The notes under the pieces were generated by a model. The model was not told the origin of the DNA. It made no database searches and saw only the letters and a list, made by a program, of their open reading frames with translations. The translations under genes were made by a program, and so were the position numbers. From a virus: DNA of 64,000 nucleotides. Positions 36,782-47,229 of the stretch are shown piece by piece; positions within the stretch are counted from its first letter, which is position 1; each line of letters begins with the position of its first letter. Where the stretch lies: positions 32,001 to 96,000 of IMG/VR virus record IMGVR_UViG_3300044640_002221; one strand, 5' to 3'.

Positions 36782-37264
36782 TTACTTTCCCTGTTCTTTT
36801 TTTACCAATGCCAGCAGCAACCCCGCCATTCTTTCCTCAATCATAAACATAGTCAAAGGCTTTCCTGTTTCAGGATGAGTGATAGTGATGCCATAAACAT
36901 CAATACCCTGCCTCTGACCTTTCTCATACTCTTGAAGAGTGAGATTCCAAGACTTCCTCACACCTCTATCTTTAGTCTCCATTCTCAGAGTACCTTCAAG
37001 TAGAGAAGTGTCTCCGTCTCCCAAGGCTGCTCCTGACCTGAGAGTTGAGGTAGCGATCGCTCTTCTCTGATTACTCTCAACCTTCTTAGCTTGCAGCAGA
37101 CGTTTCTGTTTCTTGCTATCAGGTTTGTGAGGGTGTTCTGGCAACCATCCTGTTGTACTTTCATAAAACAGTTGGCTACTGTTACCGCTGCCAGCGGCGC
37201 ATACTCTACATTTGTTAAGAGCATTTGCACACTGGTTATAGTATTCATCTGGACAGTTCTTCAT
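36782..37264 (-). CDS. PD-(D/E)XK nuclease, putative Holliday junction resolvase
   Basis: SGA...DGD...RMETK motif next to recA. Confidence 0.6.
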   Translation of the reverse strand: MKNCPDEYYNQCANALNKCRVCAAGSGNSSQLFYESTTGWLPEHPHKPDSKKQKRLLQAKKVESNQRRAIATSTLRSGAALGDGDTSLLEGTLRMETKDRGVRKSWNLTLQEYEKGQRQGIDVYGITITHPETGKPLTMFMIEERMAGLLLALVKKEQGK

Positions 37265-37818
37265 AGTACGCGAGCGTTTTTAAGAGCTGCTATAATGCTA
37301 GTTCTAGACTCATTAGGTCTTCGTATCATAACTCTATCTATTGCTTGTTCACTGGTGGCTGCCACAATCTTTGATGGAATATTACCTTGTAGCTCATCAT
37401 CTTTACTGTAGTTACAGAGGTAGCTGGCGGCGCGTTTAATAGCTATAGGGTGTTTTAGTACCATTCCATAACTTAACTCACCTGCTTGGCGTAGAATACT
37501 TCTCCTAAACCTTGTGTCATCTATAGTAAGCCAAGCTGCAAGAACTCCTTCTTGAACAATCTGCTGACTCTCTTTGTCAAACAGAGCTGCTAGTTCTGCT
37601 GCTCCTGGGTAGGCACTAGTATTTAATATCTCCCATACTATCAACCCATTAAACTCATGGTTATAAAGAGAAACTATGTTGTCAGGGATAGACCTACAAC
37701 AGTTAAACTGTTCATAAAGCTGGTTTACTCTAGCAGTTAGGGTCTTTATAAGCTTTGTGTGCTCATAAATAATTGGGGCTTCATGTTTGTGATAAGCGTA
37801 ATCTCCTGCTGATACCAA
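37261..37818 (-). CDS. Hypothetical protein
   Basis: ORF track. Confidence 0.6.
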   Translation of the reverse strand: MVSAGDYAYHKHEAPIIYEHTKLIKTLTARVNQLYEQFNCCRSIPDNIVSLYNHEFNGLIVWEILNTSAYPGAAELAALFDKESQQIVQEGVLAAWLTIDDTRFRRSILRQAGELSYGMVLKHPIAIKRAASYLCNYSKDDELQGNIPSKIVAATSEQAIDRVMIRRPNESRTSIIAALKNARVL

Positions 37819-37820
37819 AA

Positions 37821-38165
37821 TTAATCTTCTTCCACCTCTGAATTAATACCTTGGCAGAGAGCTGACAGCATTAGATATTCTATTCTGTACTCTTGAGCTA
37901 ACTGGTATACAGTCAGCTTCCACTGCTGTACAGCCTCGCAGAGTCCTTCCCAAGGGCTGTTAGGCTTGTACTTCTGCTCAAGCACGAACGCTTTTCTCTG
38001 CATTTCGTTCTTTAACTGAAGTCTATCAAATGCTGCTGTAATCTCTTGTTCTGCCTCCCACTTTTCTTTTTTCTTCTCCGCTTCTGCTAGTTGTGATTTG
38101 GAGTTTACTAGCTTGTCCAGAAGTTGTTGGCACAACTCTTTTTGTTCACTCAGCTTCATCTTCAC
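37821..38165 (-). CDS. Hypothetical protein
   Basis: ORF track. Confidence 0.6.
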   Translation of the reverse strand: MKMKLSEQKELCQQLLDKLVNSKSQLAEAEKKKEKWEAEQEITAAFDRLQLKNEMQRKAFVLEQKYKPNSPWEGLCEAVQQWKLTVYQLAQEYRIEYLMLSALCQGINSEVEED

Positions 38166-38739
38166 TAGCCTCTGAAGCTTTTACAAGCGTTTGTAGAGTG
38201 TCAGCTAGTCTAGTATCTTGAGAAAACTCTCTGAACTTTGAGTTTACTTGTTTTACTATCTCAAACTCTTCTTGATGTTTCTTTAATTCTTCTACAAGCT
38301 TTTCTACTAAAGCTGCTTTTTCTATTATGAGTTCTTTGAGCTCTTGCTCTCTATGTATATTACTAACCATACTTGATGCCAGTTCAAAAAACTGGGAGTA
38401 ACTATCATTACTTACTATAGTAAGGTTTACTTCGCTTGTACTCATTACTTCACTCTCTGTTATTTTAAATTCCTTTCTCTTATCTTTTTTTTCACTTACT
38501 TCTTTTTCTTCTTTCTCTTGTTTTAACAGATTCTGGACTGCTTGTCTATCTTCTTCATTATCTAAGCAGTTTAGTAACACCAAACCTTCTTTTGTCTTCA
38601 ACACTACTTCTATGTCCGGGGTTAAGTATTGTTCAACCTGTCGTAGAGAGTCAAGGCTTATATAAGGATAATTGGGAGTAGATGCTACTTCTATAGCTTT
38701 TACTTGTCTATTGTTGAATATTACTAGAGTATTGAGCAT
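38146..38739 (-). CDS. Hypothetical coiled-coil protein
   Basis: ORF track. Confidence 0.6.
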   Translation of the reverse strand: MLNTLVIFNNRQVKAIEVASTPNYPYISLDSLRQVEQYLTPDIEVVLKTKEGLVLLNCLDNEEDRQAVQNLLKQEKEEKEVSEKKDKRKEFKITESEVMSTSEVNLTIVSNDSYSQFFELASSMVSNIHREQELKELIIEKAALVEKLVEELKKHQEEFEIVKQVNSKFREFSQDTRLADTLQTLVKASEASEDEAE

Positions 38740-38790
38740 GGCTTATTATGCGTGTTAATGTTAAGCTGGACTTGTTACATAATTAATACT

Positions 38791-39015
38791 ATGTCTTCTA
38801 ATATTGTCACATCTAATGGTTTAAAGTTAGTTTACACAGGGGAGTTTCTTAACGACCCGGCTGCGGATACAGCAGTAGATTTAGCAACAAACTTCAATAC
38901 TAATACTGAATATCTAGATACGCTGGTTACTAGAGTAACTCTCCTAGAGCCTTTGGCACAGGTTGTGGAAGATTCTGGACTATCAGCAAAATTCTTAAAT
39001 GGTGGAAGCTTCTAA
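38791..39015 (+). CDS. Small hypothetical (probably virion-associated) protein
   Basis: ORF track 38752..39015; likely start is ATG 38791; co-oriented with the tail fibre. Confidence 0.6.
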   Translation: MSSNIVTSNGLKLVYTGEFLNDPAADTAVDLATNFNTNTEYLDTLVTRVTLLEPLAQVVEDSGLSAKFLNGGSF

Positions 39016-39063
39016 ATCTTTCAACGAACAGTTCGTCGCATAAGCAATAAATAATAAATAATC

Positions 39064-42000
39064 ATGTCTAGCCCAGCCGACTTTGACCCTACAAGAATTA
39101 TTAACAAACATTCAGCTACAGCTAACACTGTTCCTAGTCTGTCTACTCTAGAAATTGATGACCAGTTAGTTGGTTTGTATAAAGGTGAGATAGCTGTAAA
39201 TCATTACTCTAATGGCACTTTACTATCTTCTGTAGGGTTATTCATTAGAGTAGGAGCTACCACAACAGAAGAGGTTTCTGACAAATTAGTTCGCATAGGC
39301 CCTGCTTTTGTTACTAACGACTTAACTACAACTACCGCTCCTACTTTAAGTAATCTTTCTAATCCCAGCCTTAATCTTGCTGGACAACTATGGTTAAGAA
39401 CTACAGACTCAGCCGTTTTTATTCATAACTCTATAGGTTGGCAGAGAGTAACTCCTTTAGTGGCTACTGCCGCGACAGCTGGGTTAGTGAGATTAGCAAC
39501 AGAAGCCGACTTAAATGCTGAAGTTTCTGACAGAGTTCTCACACCAGCACTATTAAAGAGTTGGAGAGATAATAAGAAGCTTATAAGTGAAAAAGAATCA
39601 GCGTTCTCTTTTTATGTGGATTGTTACTCTGGTGATGATTCGGTAGAAAACGATGGTAGAGACCTTTATAGACCTTTCAAAACTATTGAGCGAGCTTTAC
39701 TTGAAGTTGCTAAAGTCAGTTATCTACCAGATGCGGGTACTGGCAGCAGAGACTATTACGCTAACTCTACTGTTTTTGTAGGCATTGGAGATTATGTAGT
39801 TGACAACAGACCAGGTTCGGCTCTAGTATCTGAAATTTTATCTTCGGCTGCTGACTCTACAGAACCAATTCAACCTATTAGTGTTGGTGCTATCACAAGC
39901 TATGATCTTACGACTCAAACTTTAGTATTAAGTGGTGGAGTAACTGAAGAGTTAACTGTTGGGACTCAGTTATTTTCTAGTGGTGGTGGAAAAGCTGTAA
40001 TAGAAGCACAACTAGAAACAGGGTACAAATTAAAATCTGTTAGCGGCTCTTGGCTGCCAACTTTAACTGTCAGAGTCTCACAACATAGAGTTTATAACAG
40101 TGTTACAGGCGGTGTTATAGTCCCAAGAGGGTGTTCTATTGTAGGAGCAGACTTAAGAAAAACCAGAATAAGACCAAAGTATGTTGGTGACTTCACTGCT
40201 TGGCAAGATGATTCTGGTTGTTTTGGCACAGGTAGAACATCAATCTTTAAGTTAACAGGCGGGTCTCACTGTACTGCTTTTACATTTACAGATAACTTAA
40301 ATATTCTCTCAACACACCATCTCTGTACTTGCGTTGAGTTTGCTTCTAGCGATGAGTTATCTAATTCAACTTCTGGTTATTACTCTAAAGTCTTTAAAGG
40401 TCTAGGAGCTACTGTTAGCCCGACTATGTTAGCTACTAACTTGGCGGCTGTACTTGAAGAGAGTAGTATTGTGTCTCCTACAATATCTTCTACAGAGTTA
40501 GATCCTAATGGCTTTACTGCTGTTAACAGTGTTGTGGGTTCCTCTCCTTACGTCTTTAACTGCTCTGTGCTTTCCAGGTTTGGTCTGTGCGGTATGTTGG
40601 TTGACGGAGCAAAGGCAACTGGCTTTAGAAGTATGGTGACAGCACAGTTTACTAATGTCTCCCTGCAAGTTGACTCTAGAGCTTTTGAGAATGATATTGC
40701 TACTCCTGGTGGTAAAAGATATAAAGAACTATGGAGACACTTCTCGTTTAAAGCTTGTAACAACGGTTATATCCAGATTGTTAGTTGCTTTGTAGTGGGC
40801 TCGGCTATTCACTATCAAACAGTAGATGGTGGAGAAATGAGTATCACAAACAGTTGCTCTAACTTTGGTGACTTGTCTCTTGTTTCTAATGGGTATAGCA
40901 CCAATATTCTTCCTCAAGATACTGGCGGTACTATTACAAAACTTATCAGCCCTAAACCTCTTTCTCTAACTCCGGTAGAGATACCAACTCTTCCTTTTGT
41001 AGCAGCTAACTCTACAACTACTAAGCTATATCTTGAAGGAGATTTAGCTGAAGAAAGAATAGCTCCTTTTACCTTTGTAGGTGGCGACACTCTTTATGTA
41101 AATGATGGTGAAGGTACAGAGTATACTGCAAAACTATCGGCTACAGCTCCTTTCTTTGCTCAAGATAGTAACGGCTGGTACTTTATCACTCAAGCAACTT
41201 CTAACGGCATCTATGCTAATAGAGCTTTGATAAACTTATTTCCTATTTCTATCAAAAGGGTGGTTGACGAGAGATCACAAGACGACAGAATCTATTGGTT
41301 AAAGCTGGAAGGATTAACCTCTGACTCTCAGCGTAGACCTTTAGAAAACTTTGTTCTTAGGTTTAACCAGACTTTAATGAGTAAGACTCTCGCAAGAAGT
41401 CTATTTGTAGCAGCAGTTAAAACTACTGATAGTGCCGGAGTTAATCTTGCTACTGGAACTTATTTAATAGCATTACTAAGTGCAGATGGTAATAATGACC
41501 TGACTGAGAATATTTATCCACCAATAGCGGTTAATGCCCCTCTTGAGAACTCTGCTACTAGCTTGACTTACAAGGCTATGCAGACTCTACTCACTGCTTT
41601 AGAGATATCACAAGCGGAGCAATCAACCTTACTGGTGGCATCTAACTCTGAAGCTACTATTCCAGTAACTATCCGTCCTGACTTTGCTAGACCCTCGTTG
41701 ATAAGATGCTCTATGCACACTTGGGAGTGGCAAGGGTACATGAACTACTCTTCTGCTTTACCTAAGTTTCAACAAAAAGTTTTATCCTTTACTGACTCAA
41801 TGAAAAGAATAAAGGTAGAAACAGAGGGAGGTCGTGTTTACTCTACTGGTATAGATCAAGACGGTAATTTTATTGTTGGTAATAAGGTTATTGACTTAAA
41901 GACTGGTAATGAAAAGGCACTTAACGGAGCTAATACAGACTCTCAAGTGTTTAAGAAGCTAACAGTGACTGAAAGGCTGTTAATGTTTCCTAACTCTACT

Positions 42001-42834
42001 TTAGATTTGAGGTCTACAAAGCTAAGTATTGATTCACGGACTAGGTTTACAAGCCCTATTACTACTAACTCTCTTACTTACGCCACAACCGAGCAGCCAG
42101 GGTTTATAGAGATTGCTAATGTTGCTGAAGTTATTGCGGGGACTAATAATAAACTAGCTGTAGTGCCTGCTACTTTAAAAGCAGTTACAGACTTGTTAGA
42201 AACAGGGATAGGAAACATACTAGACTCTTTAGTACCTATATTAGACTCTTTAGTGCCTCTAGGAACAATTATTGAGGCTTCTACTAATACTGCTCCTACT
42301 TGGGGAACATGGATGCCTGCTGATAACAGAGAAATATCTGTCGAAACTTACCCAGAGTATTATGCTGCTTTAGGAAGTCCAACCTTATCCTCTGAACCTT
42401 CATTAGCGGCTCCTTTAGGAAAGTATAGAATACCAGATAGAAGAGATAGAGTTTCTGTGGGTGCTGGAGGAAGTTATAGTTTGGGGTCTACAGGGGGAGC
42501 ACCCACTCATACTTTGACTATTAATGAGATGCCTACTCATAGTCATACTGCTGATCACACACATACTTATAATGATCCCTCTCACACTCATGTTTTAACT
42601 TTAGGAGGAACTCAACTTAGAGGATATGCTGAGGGCAATGGAGCAAAAGGAGATGGAGCAGAATTAACCACTATACCCGGGGGTTCTCTAATGTATGCAC
42701 TTAATTCTTATAGCTATACTGGGATTACTATTAATCCTACTTCTGGGCTTACAACCAGCAGTCAAGGTTTAGGGCAAGCTCACAACAATATGCAACCCTA
42801 CATAGTTCACAATCATTTTGTAAGAGTCAAGTAG
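39064..42834 (+). CDS. Tail fibre / receptor-binding protein with a C-terminal tail-collar domain
   Basis: Fibre repeats ATAATAGLVRLA and ATTEQPGFIEIA; YVD..SGDD...RPFKTIERAL; collar PLGTII...YPEYYAALG...IPDRRDRV; GG..THTLT..EMP.H.H tip. Confidence 0.85.
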   Translation: MSSPADFDPTRIINKHSATANTVPSLSTLEIDDQLVGLYKGEIAVNHYSNGTLLSSVGLFIRVGATTTEEVSDKLVRIGPAFVTNDLTTTTAPTLSNLSNPSLNLAGQLWLRTTDSAVFIHNSIGWQRVTPLVATAATAGLVRLATEADLNAEVSDRVLTPALLKSWRDNKKLISEKESAFSFYVDCYSGDDSVENDGRDLYRPFKTIERALLEVAKVSYLPDAGTGSRDYYANSTVFVGIGDYVVDNRPGSALVSEILSSAADSTEPIQPISVGAITSYDLTTQTLVLSGGVTEELTVGTQLFSSGGGKAVIEAQLETGYKLKSVSGSWLPTLTVRVSQHRVYNSVTGGVIVPRGCSIVGADLRKTRIRPKYVGDFTAWQDDSGCFGTGRTSIFKLTGGSHCTAFTFTDNLNILSTHHLCTCVEFASSDELSNSTSGYYSKVFKGLGATVSPTMLATNLAAVLEESSIVSPTISSTELDPNGFTAVNSVVGSSPYVFNCSVLSRFGLCGMLVDGAKATGFRSMVTAQFTNVSLQVDSRAFENDIATPGGKRYKELWRHFSFKACNNGYIQIVSCFVVGSAIHYQTVDGGEMSITNSCSNFGDLSLVSNGYSTNILPQDTGGTITKLISPKPLSLTPVEIPTLPFVAANSTTTKLYLEGDLAEERIAPFTFVGGDTLYVNDGEGTEYTAKLSATAPFFAQDSNGWYFITQATSNGIYANRALINLFPISIKRVVDERSQDDRIYWLKLEGLTSDSQRRPLENFVLRFNQTLMSKTLARSLFVAAVKTTDSAGVNLATGTYLIALLSADGNNDLTENIYPPIAVNAPLENSATSLTYKAMQTLLTALEISQAEQSTLLVASNSEATIPVTIRPDFARPSLIRCSMHTWEWQGYMNYSSALPKFQQKVLSFTDSMKRIKVETEGGRVYSTGIDQDGNFIVGNKVIDLKTGNEKALNGANTDSQVFKKLTVTERLLMFPNSTLDLRSTKLSIDSRTRFTSPITTNSLTYATTEQPGFIEIANVAEVIAGTNNKLAVVPATLKAVTDLLETGIGNILDSLVPILDSLVPLGTIIEASTNTAPTWGTWMPADNREISVETYPEYYAALGSPTLSSEPSLAAPLGKYRIPDRRDRVSVGAGGSYSLGSTGGAPTHTLTINEMPTHSHTADHTHTYNDPSHTHVLTLGGTQLRGYAEGNGAKGDGAELTTIPGGSLMYALNSYSYTGITINPTSGLTTSSQGLGQAHNNMQPYIVHNHFVRVK

Positions 42835-42835
42835 C

Positions 42836-43852
42836 TTAAAGTATTTCTGGGGCGGAGAGACCTAGTTCTTGAGCTTTAGCTGCTAGTCTTTTCAGCTCCA
42901 GGTTACTAATCTGTCTTACTCTATAGTGAGTAATATTTAAAATACTTCCTATCTCTTTAGCAGTCATAGGAGCTTCACCATCCAAACCAAATCTCCAAGT
43001 CAGGATATTTCTTTCTCTATCGTTACTGTCTTCCATGAGAAGGGTTAAAGTAGCTAGATAGTCTAACTTCTCTAAGCTTGGAAGTATCTGGTCTTCTGCT
43101 TCTATTAACTCTCCTATAGTGCATTTCGAGTCAGCAAACTCTCCTGTAACAATATCTGTGGAGCAAACGCTTTGGCTCCACCTCTGCAAATTAACTATTT
43201 TTTCATAGGGTAAACACATTACTTCGGCTAACTGTGCCACTTTAGGAGTGCAGCCGCTTTGTTCTGTTAATACTTTAGTTATTCTTTTTAGCTTATTAAC
43301 CTGTTCGTGAACCATTACAGGCAGTCTTATAGTTCTACTCTGTTGAGTTATAGACCTAGTTATAGCTTGTCTAATCCAGCAAGAAGCATAGGTAGAAAAC
43401 TTAAAACCCTTGTCTGGGTCGAACTTCTCGGCGGCTCTATTCAACCCTACAGAACCTTCTTGCACTAAGTCTATTAGAGACTCTTCTTGTTTTCTGGCGT
43501 ATCCTTTTGCTAAAACTACTACTAATCTTAAATTAGCTTCTATAAGTTTTTTTCTAGCGTTACTAGCTCTTTTTAATATAGTATTTAACTCTTGTAAGCT
43601 TATTCCTATTGTTTCTGCTTGCTGTAAAGTAGCTATGGGTTTAGCGAGATTTAATTTTAGTTGAGGGTGTTGTTCTGCTAAACCCATAGCCTTTCTTACA
43701 ATCCTGCCTAAAGACTTTTCCTCCTCAGCGGTTAGCAGTTTATACCTTCCTATAGCTCGTAAAAAAGCACCAAGGCAATCTTCTTCTCTGCCGTTTGGTT
43801 CTTCTATTCTTATATCCTGTAATACTGTCGTTTTCTTCTTGTCTGTCTTCAT
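42836..43852 (-). CDS. Sigma-70 family RNA polymerase sigma factor (RpoD/group 2-like)
   Basis: ANLRLVV..AK.Y, DLVQEG..GL.RAAEKFDP.KGFKFSTYA..WIRQAITR, RTIRLP, region 4 HTH. Confidence 0.93.
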   Translation of the reverse strand: MKTDKKKTTVLQDIRIEEPNGREEDCLGAFLRAIGRYKLLTAEEEKSLGRIVRKAMGLAEQHPQLKLNLAKPIATLQQAETIGISLQELNTILKRASNARKKLIEANLRLVVVLAKGYARKQEESLIDLVQEGSVGLNRAAEKFDPDKGFKFSTYASCWIRQAITRSITQQSRTIRLPVMVHEQVNKLKRITKVLTEQSGCTPKVAQLAEVMCLPYEKIVNLQRWSQSVCSTDIVTGEFADSKCTIGELIEAEDQILPSLEKLDYLATLTLLMEDSNDRERNILTWRFGLDGEAPMTAKEIGSILNITHYRVRQISNLELKRLAAKAQELGLSAPEIL

Positions 43853-43905
43853 ACGCTGTTAGTTTTAGTAGTTAGGCTTATACTAACAGTTTTGTTGCCT
43901 TGTGT

Positions 43906-45258
43906 TCAACCTACCTCTAAGAATTTTGATGCTCCACAATTAGAGGCTATATTCTTTAATGCTTCTCTGATACCAAAATGTTCCTTTGCTGAACCATAAA
44001 CGCAGTGCATTACTGTGTTATTAACTTCTACAATTGGTGTAAGAAATCTGTTTAAACACTCTTCCATGCCGTTTTCTATTTCATCATATCCTTCTACTAA
44101 TTCTGGGGCTTGGTTCTCCTCTACTTCTTTATCTAAAGTCTGTAAGTCCACAATCATCTTTCTAGGGGCGTAGTAAGGCGGCTTATAGACTAACGCAATA
44201 ATAACAGAGGCACACGTGATGTTTATGCCGACAATACTACGACTGCGACCTGTATGACGGCGCAGAACTAATAGGTGTAAAGGAGTCAGCCCGCCGGCTT
44301 CTATAATTGGGCCACAAAACATAGCTGCTTTATGTCCTATTGTTATCAAACCAAAACCACCAGGCTTGATTATATTACCCAACTGACCGCATAGTTTGAT
44401 AAAACCTTCCTCTTCATCTTTTATAAAGCTATATCTCATAGGAGCTTCTACTACTGCTACGTCAACAGACTCATAAGGTACTTTATTCAAAGCTGTTGGT
44501 GCTAAACCTTTATAAACTTTTGACTTCATTCCTCCAGTAGAAAGAGCAGCCTTTTCTTTTTGTATTTCCTCATCTTGTGTCTTTTCTTTTTCTTTTTTTA
44601 TAGATAATAAAGCTTCTTTTGTGCTCTTAAAGCCAGAGTTAGTATCTGTTACTAAAAGATTTGCTACTTCTATTTGTCTTTTAGCACTCAGTTTAGAAAG
44701 GTTCCTTAGTTCCTTTGCGTCCTCTGCTACACTACTTTCTGCTAAAACATCTATGACTTGTGGGTTTACTCCAGCCTCGGCTAGTTTTATCTTTCTGTAT
44801 ACTTTTATTAAGTCAGTTATTTCTTCTCTTGTTGGGGGTTCTTTAGATGCAGCTGCTAGTTTAAGTATTTCTTCTTTTACTTCAGGCTCTACAGTTGTTC
44901 TGGCTGTGTTATACAAAGCACTTAAGCTTAATCTAGATATTCCTTTTGAATGCTCTTCACCATGCTCTAAAACTAAGTTATAGAGGTTTATAAGATTATT
45001 GGCTGTGTCATGAGATATTTCACCTACTAACTCTGTCTCAACCCATCTTTGCCAAAGTTTGCCTTTGTTATTCTTCATGAATATCTCTCTAGCTACTTTA
45101 AGCTTTCCACCAATCTCAACCGCTACTGTCTGGCTTTGTCTTCTCCAAGAAGAACTTATTTCTAAAACTTCAGTGGCAATTGTTTTAAGCTCTTCTGAAG
45201 CTGTTTCTTCTATTTCTAGAAACTCATTAGTTAAAATTAAAGAACCGTTATTTAACAT
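43906..45258 (-). CDS. DUF3102-like N-terminal domain fused to a degenerate methyltransferase-like domain
   Basis: EIGGKLKVAR...WQRWVE...SHDTANNLINLY; C-terminal SVDVAVVEAPM where DPPY would be expected, then IKPGGF. Confidence 0.55.
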   Translation of the reverse strand: MLNNGSLILTNEFLEIEETASEELKTIATEVLEISSSWRRQSQTVAVEIGGKLKVAREIFMKNNKGKLWQRWVETELVGEISHDTANNLINLYNLVLEHGEEHSKGISRLSLSALYNTARTTVEPEVKEEILKLAAASKEPPTREEITDLIKVYRKIKLAEAGVNPQVIDVLAESSVAEDAKELRNLSKLSAKRQIEVANLLVTDTNSGFKSTKEALLSIKKEKEKTQDEEIQKEKAALSTGGMKSKVYKGLAPTALNKVPYESVDVAVVEAPMRYSFIKDEEEGFIKLCGQLGNIIKPGGFGLITIGHKAAMFCGPIIEAGGLTPLHLLVLRRHTGRSRSIVGINITCASVIIALVYKPPYYAPRKMIVDLQTLDKEVEENQAPELVEGYDEIENGMEECLNRFLTPIVEVNNTVMHCVYGSAKEHFGIREALKNIASNCGASKFLEVG

Positions 45259-45377
45259 ACAGCCTTCCTGTTTTATTTTTAGGTCTCTAGATTATAACTT
45301 CTATTTTGTTATTTTGAAACCTAAAAATAAAATTTATTGTAAGGTGTATACAATTACAGCTTAATGACAGGGGGTGT

Positions 45378-45629
45378 TTAAATACAGCTTACTACGTTAG
45401 CTACGCGTGAAAGCAGGTTAAAATTGTACCCAATACTACTATATGAATTTGTTAATACTTTAACATCTTCTGGAGTTAATTTATTTTCTGCTAATTGCGG
45501 TAGAACATAATACTCTAAAAATACCTCAGCTTCTTTCTCTGTTAATGTTAAAACTCCCTCAACTATCCATCTACTAATAACTTGAGTTGGGGGTAGAGAA
45601 GATTTCTGATTATCTAAAGAAACAAGCAT
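45378..45629 (-). CDS. Hypothetical protein
   Basis: ORF track. Confidence 0.55.
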   Translation of the reverse strand: MLVSLDNQKSSLPPTQVISRWIVEGVLTLTEKEAEVFLEYYVLPQLAENKLTPEDVKVLTNSYSSIGYNFNLLSRVANVVSCI

Positions 45630-45808
45630 AAGTGCTACTTTTTACTAGATTGCTTGACTATTATAGTTAAAAGTTAAGTTATATGCCTACTTGAAAAGAT
45701 TGATGATAAACGACAAAAGCAAGCATTTACTCTATGGAATGTAAGAGCTATTATGTGTGCAAAAAACCTTTCTTAACTCAACGAACTGTTCGTCGTTTTT
45801 TTGCTAAG

Positions 45809-46507
45809 TTAATTGGGTTGAAAGTTTTTTGCTCCTATACCATGAACGTCAACTACTATATTGCCAAACCTACCATTACACTTACCACAATCTTGACAAG
45901 TTATGGCATAGTTACTACTATCTGCTGGGCAGTAGGTTTCATCCGGCAGTACAGGTTCATGTTTTTGTTTAACTCTAAAGGTCTTCCACCCTCTTGAGTT
46001 TGCTTCTGTTTTTAGTCTTACACTTTCTACTGAAGCTTGTATATGTTGTCTCCATCTAGAGTCACAATCTCTCCATCTGTGAGTGTACCCTGTTTTGATT
46101 CTTGTCACTTTTAGTAATGCCTCCCATATTTCAAAGGGAACTGCAGTAGCTTCTCCATAAGCGGCTATTCTTAAATCTCTACCATTTAACTTGTAAGAAG
46201 TTTTAATTAAAGGATACTTATCTTCCTTATAAGCCTTGTACACCTGTCCTATAGTCATGTGGTTAACATAACAGATTCTTCCTTTACCTTTATCTCCCCT
46301 TAGAGGACAGCTACCACATACTGACTCATCTGCTCCACTCCTAATAGCTTCTGTAGGATGAATATCTTTTGGTAAAATCCAAGTCTGTAACATCCAACCT
46401 GTCTTGCGATTAGCTGAGGGTCTAGTTGTACCTGTTACCAGCAAAATAATAGAAGCTCCATTAATTAATGAAGCTCCCTCCCATATAACATTTCCGTTTG
46501 GTATCAT
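45809..46507 (-). CDS. Conserved Cys-rich phage protein (radical-SAM-like, Fe-S candidate)
   Basis: NRKTG.MLQTWIL, CGSCPLR...CYV, LRIAAYGE, GYTH.W, ITCQDCGKC. Confidence 0.55.
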   Translation of the reverse strand: MIPNGNVIWEGASLINGASIILLVTGTTRPSANRKTGWMLQTWILPKDIHPTEAIRSGADESVCGSCPLRGDKGKGRICYVNHMTIGQVYKAYKEDKYPLIKTSYKLNGRDLRIAAYGEATAVPFEIWEALLKVTRIKTGYTHRWRDCDSRWRQHIQASVESVRLKTEANSRGWKTFRVKQKHEPVLPDETYCPADSSNYAITCQDCGKCNGRFGNIVVDVHGIGAKNFQPN

Positions 46508-46556
46508 CTGTTCTGGCTTATTTTAATTTCTTTCTTTCGCTCTCTCTCGTCTTTTT

Positions 46557-47105
46557 TTATTCAGACTTGAACAAGTCCTGCTCAGCTTTTCTTCTTAGGA
46601 CTAGCCCCTTTAAAATCCCTCTTCTACCTCTTCTCCATTTTGGCAGCTCGTCCGCCGCCCCGGCATAATCTCCTCTGTTCAGCTTCTTCAGTAAAGAAGA
46701 CCTTTGAAAAGCTCCGTCTCCTGTATTAAAAGTGAAAGATACTAGAGCACTAAACTGGTTATCAGTAAGAGGAACCTTTACATATTTACTAACTACAGCC
46801 TCAAATTCTTTCATATCTTGCTGTAGCAGTAGCTCTGCTTTCTCTACTGTAATAGCTCTACCTTGCCTTGCGGTTTTACCTGTATGACCCCACCCAATAC
46901 TTTTTACACCTGATGGACATAAGTAAGGTCTTAGGTACAAACCTTCAAAGTGTTTAACCAGTTTTAACCCCGCTGGGTTGATACGTCTTTCTTGTTTAAC
47001 TGGTTGTATACTGACTTCTTCTTCTTCTTCTTGCTTAAAGTCTATTAAAGGTGTATGCCACTTGAGAGTAACTGCTAATAGAAGGGATTCAAACATTTCT
47101 GTCAA
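46557..47105 (-). CDS. Endolysin, GH24 lysozyme
   Basis: HFEG...Y.CPSG..SIGWGHT; QFSALVSFTFNTG; GL..RR.AE. Confidence 0.92.
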   Translation of the reverse strand: MTEMFESLLLAVTLKWHTPLIDFKQEEEEEVSIQPVKQERRINPAGLKLVKHFEGLYLRPYLCPSGVKSIGWGHTGKTARQGRAITVEKAELLLQQDMKEFEAVVSKYVKVPLTDNQFSALVSFTFNTGDGAFQRSSLLKKLNRGDYAGAADELPKWRRGRRGILKGLVLRRKAEQDLFKSE

Positions 47106-47190
47106 TTGAGTTCTACATCCGCTGAAGTGCGGCTAACTATTGGTCTATCCCTATTTTCTCACTAGTTGAAGATTAATGGAATGTTATAAG

Positions 47191-47229
47191 CTAAAAGCCT
47201 CTTAAATCAATGATTTAAGAGGCTTTTAG
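47191..47229. terminator. Perfect 19-bp inverted repeat (terminator-like)
   Basis: CTAAAAGCCTCTTAAATCA-A-TGATTTAAGAGGCTTTTAG. Confidence 0.7.

Noticed and set aside
40548-40917. Minus-strand ORFs inside the tail fibre
   Set aside because: Antisense shadows of the 1256-aa gene
45734-45997. + strand 87-aa ORF
   Set aside because: It mostly overlaps the antisense of 45809..46507; the remainder looks intergenic and holds the palindrome
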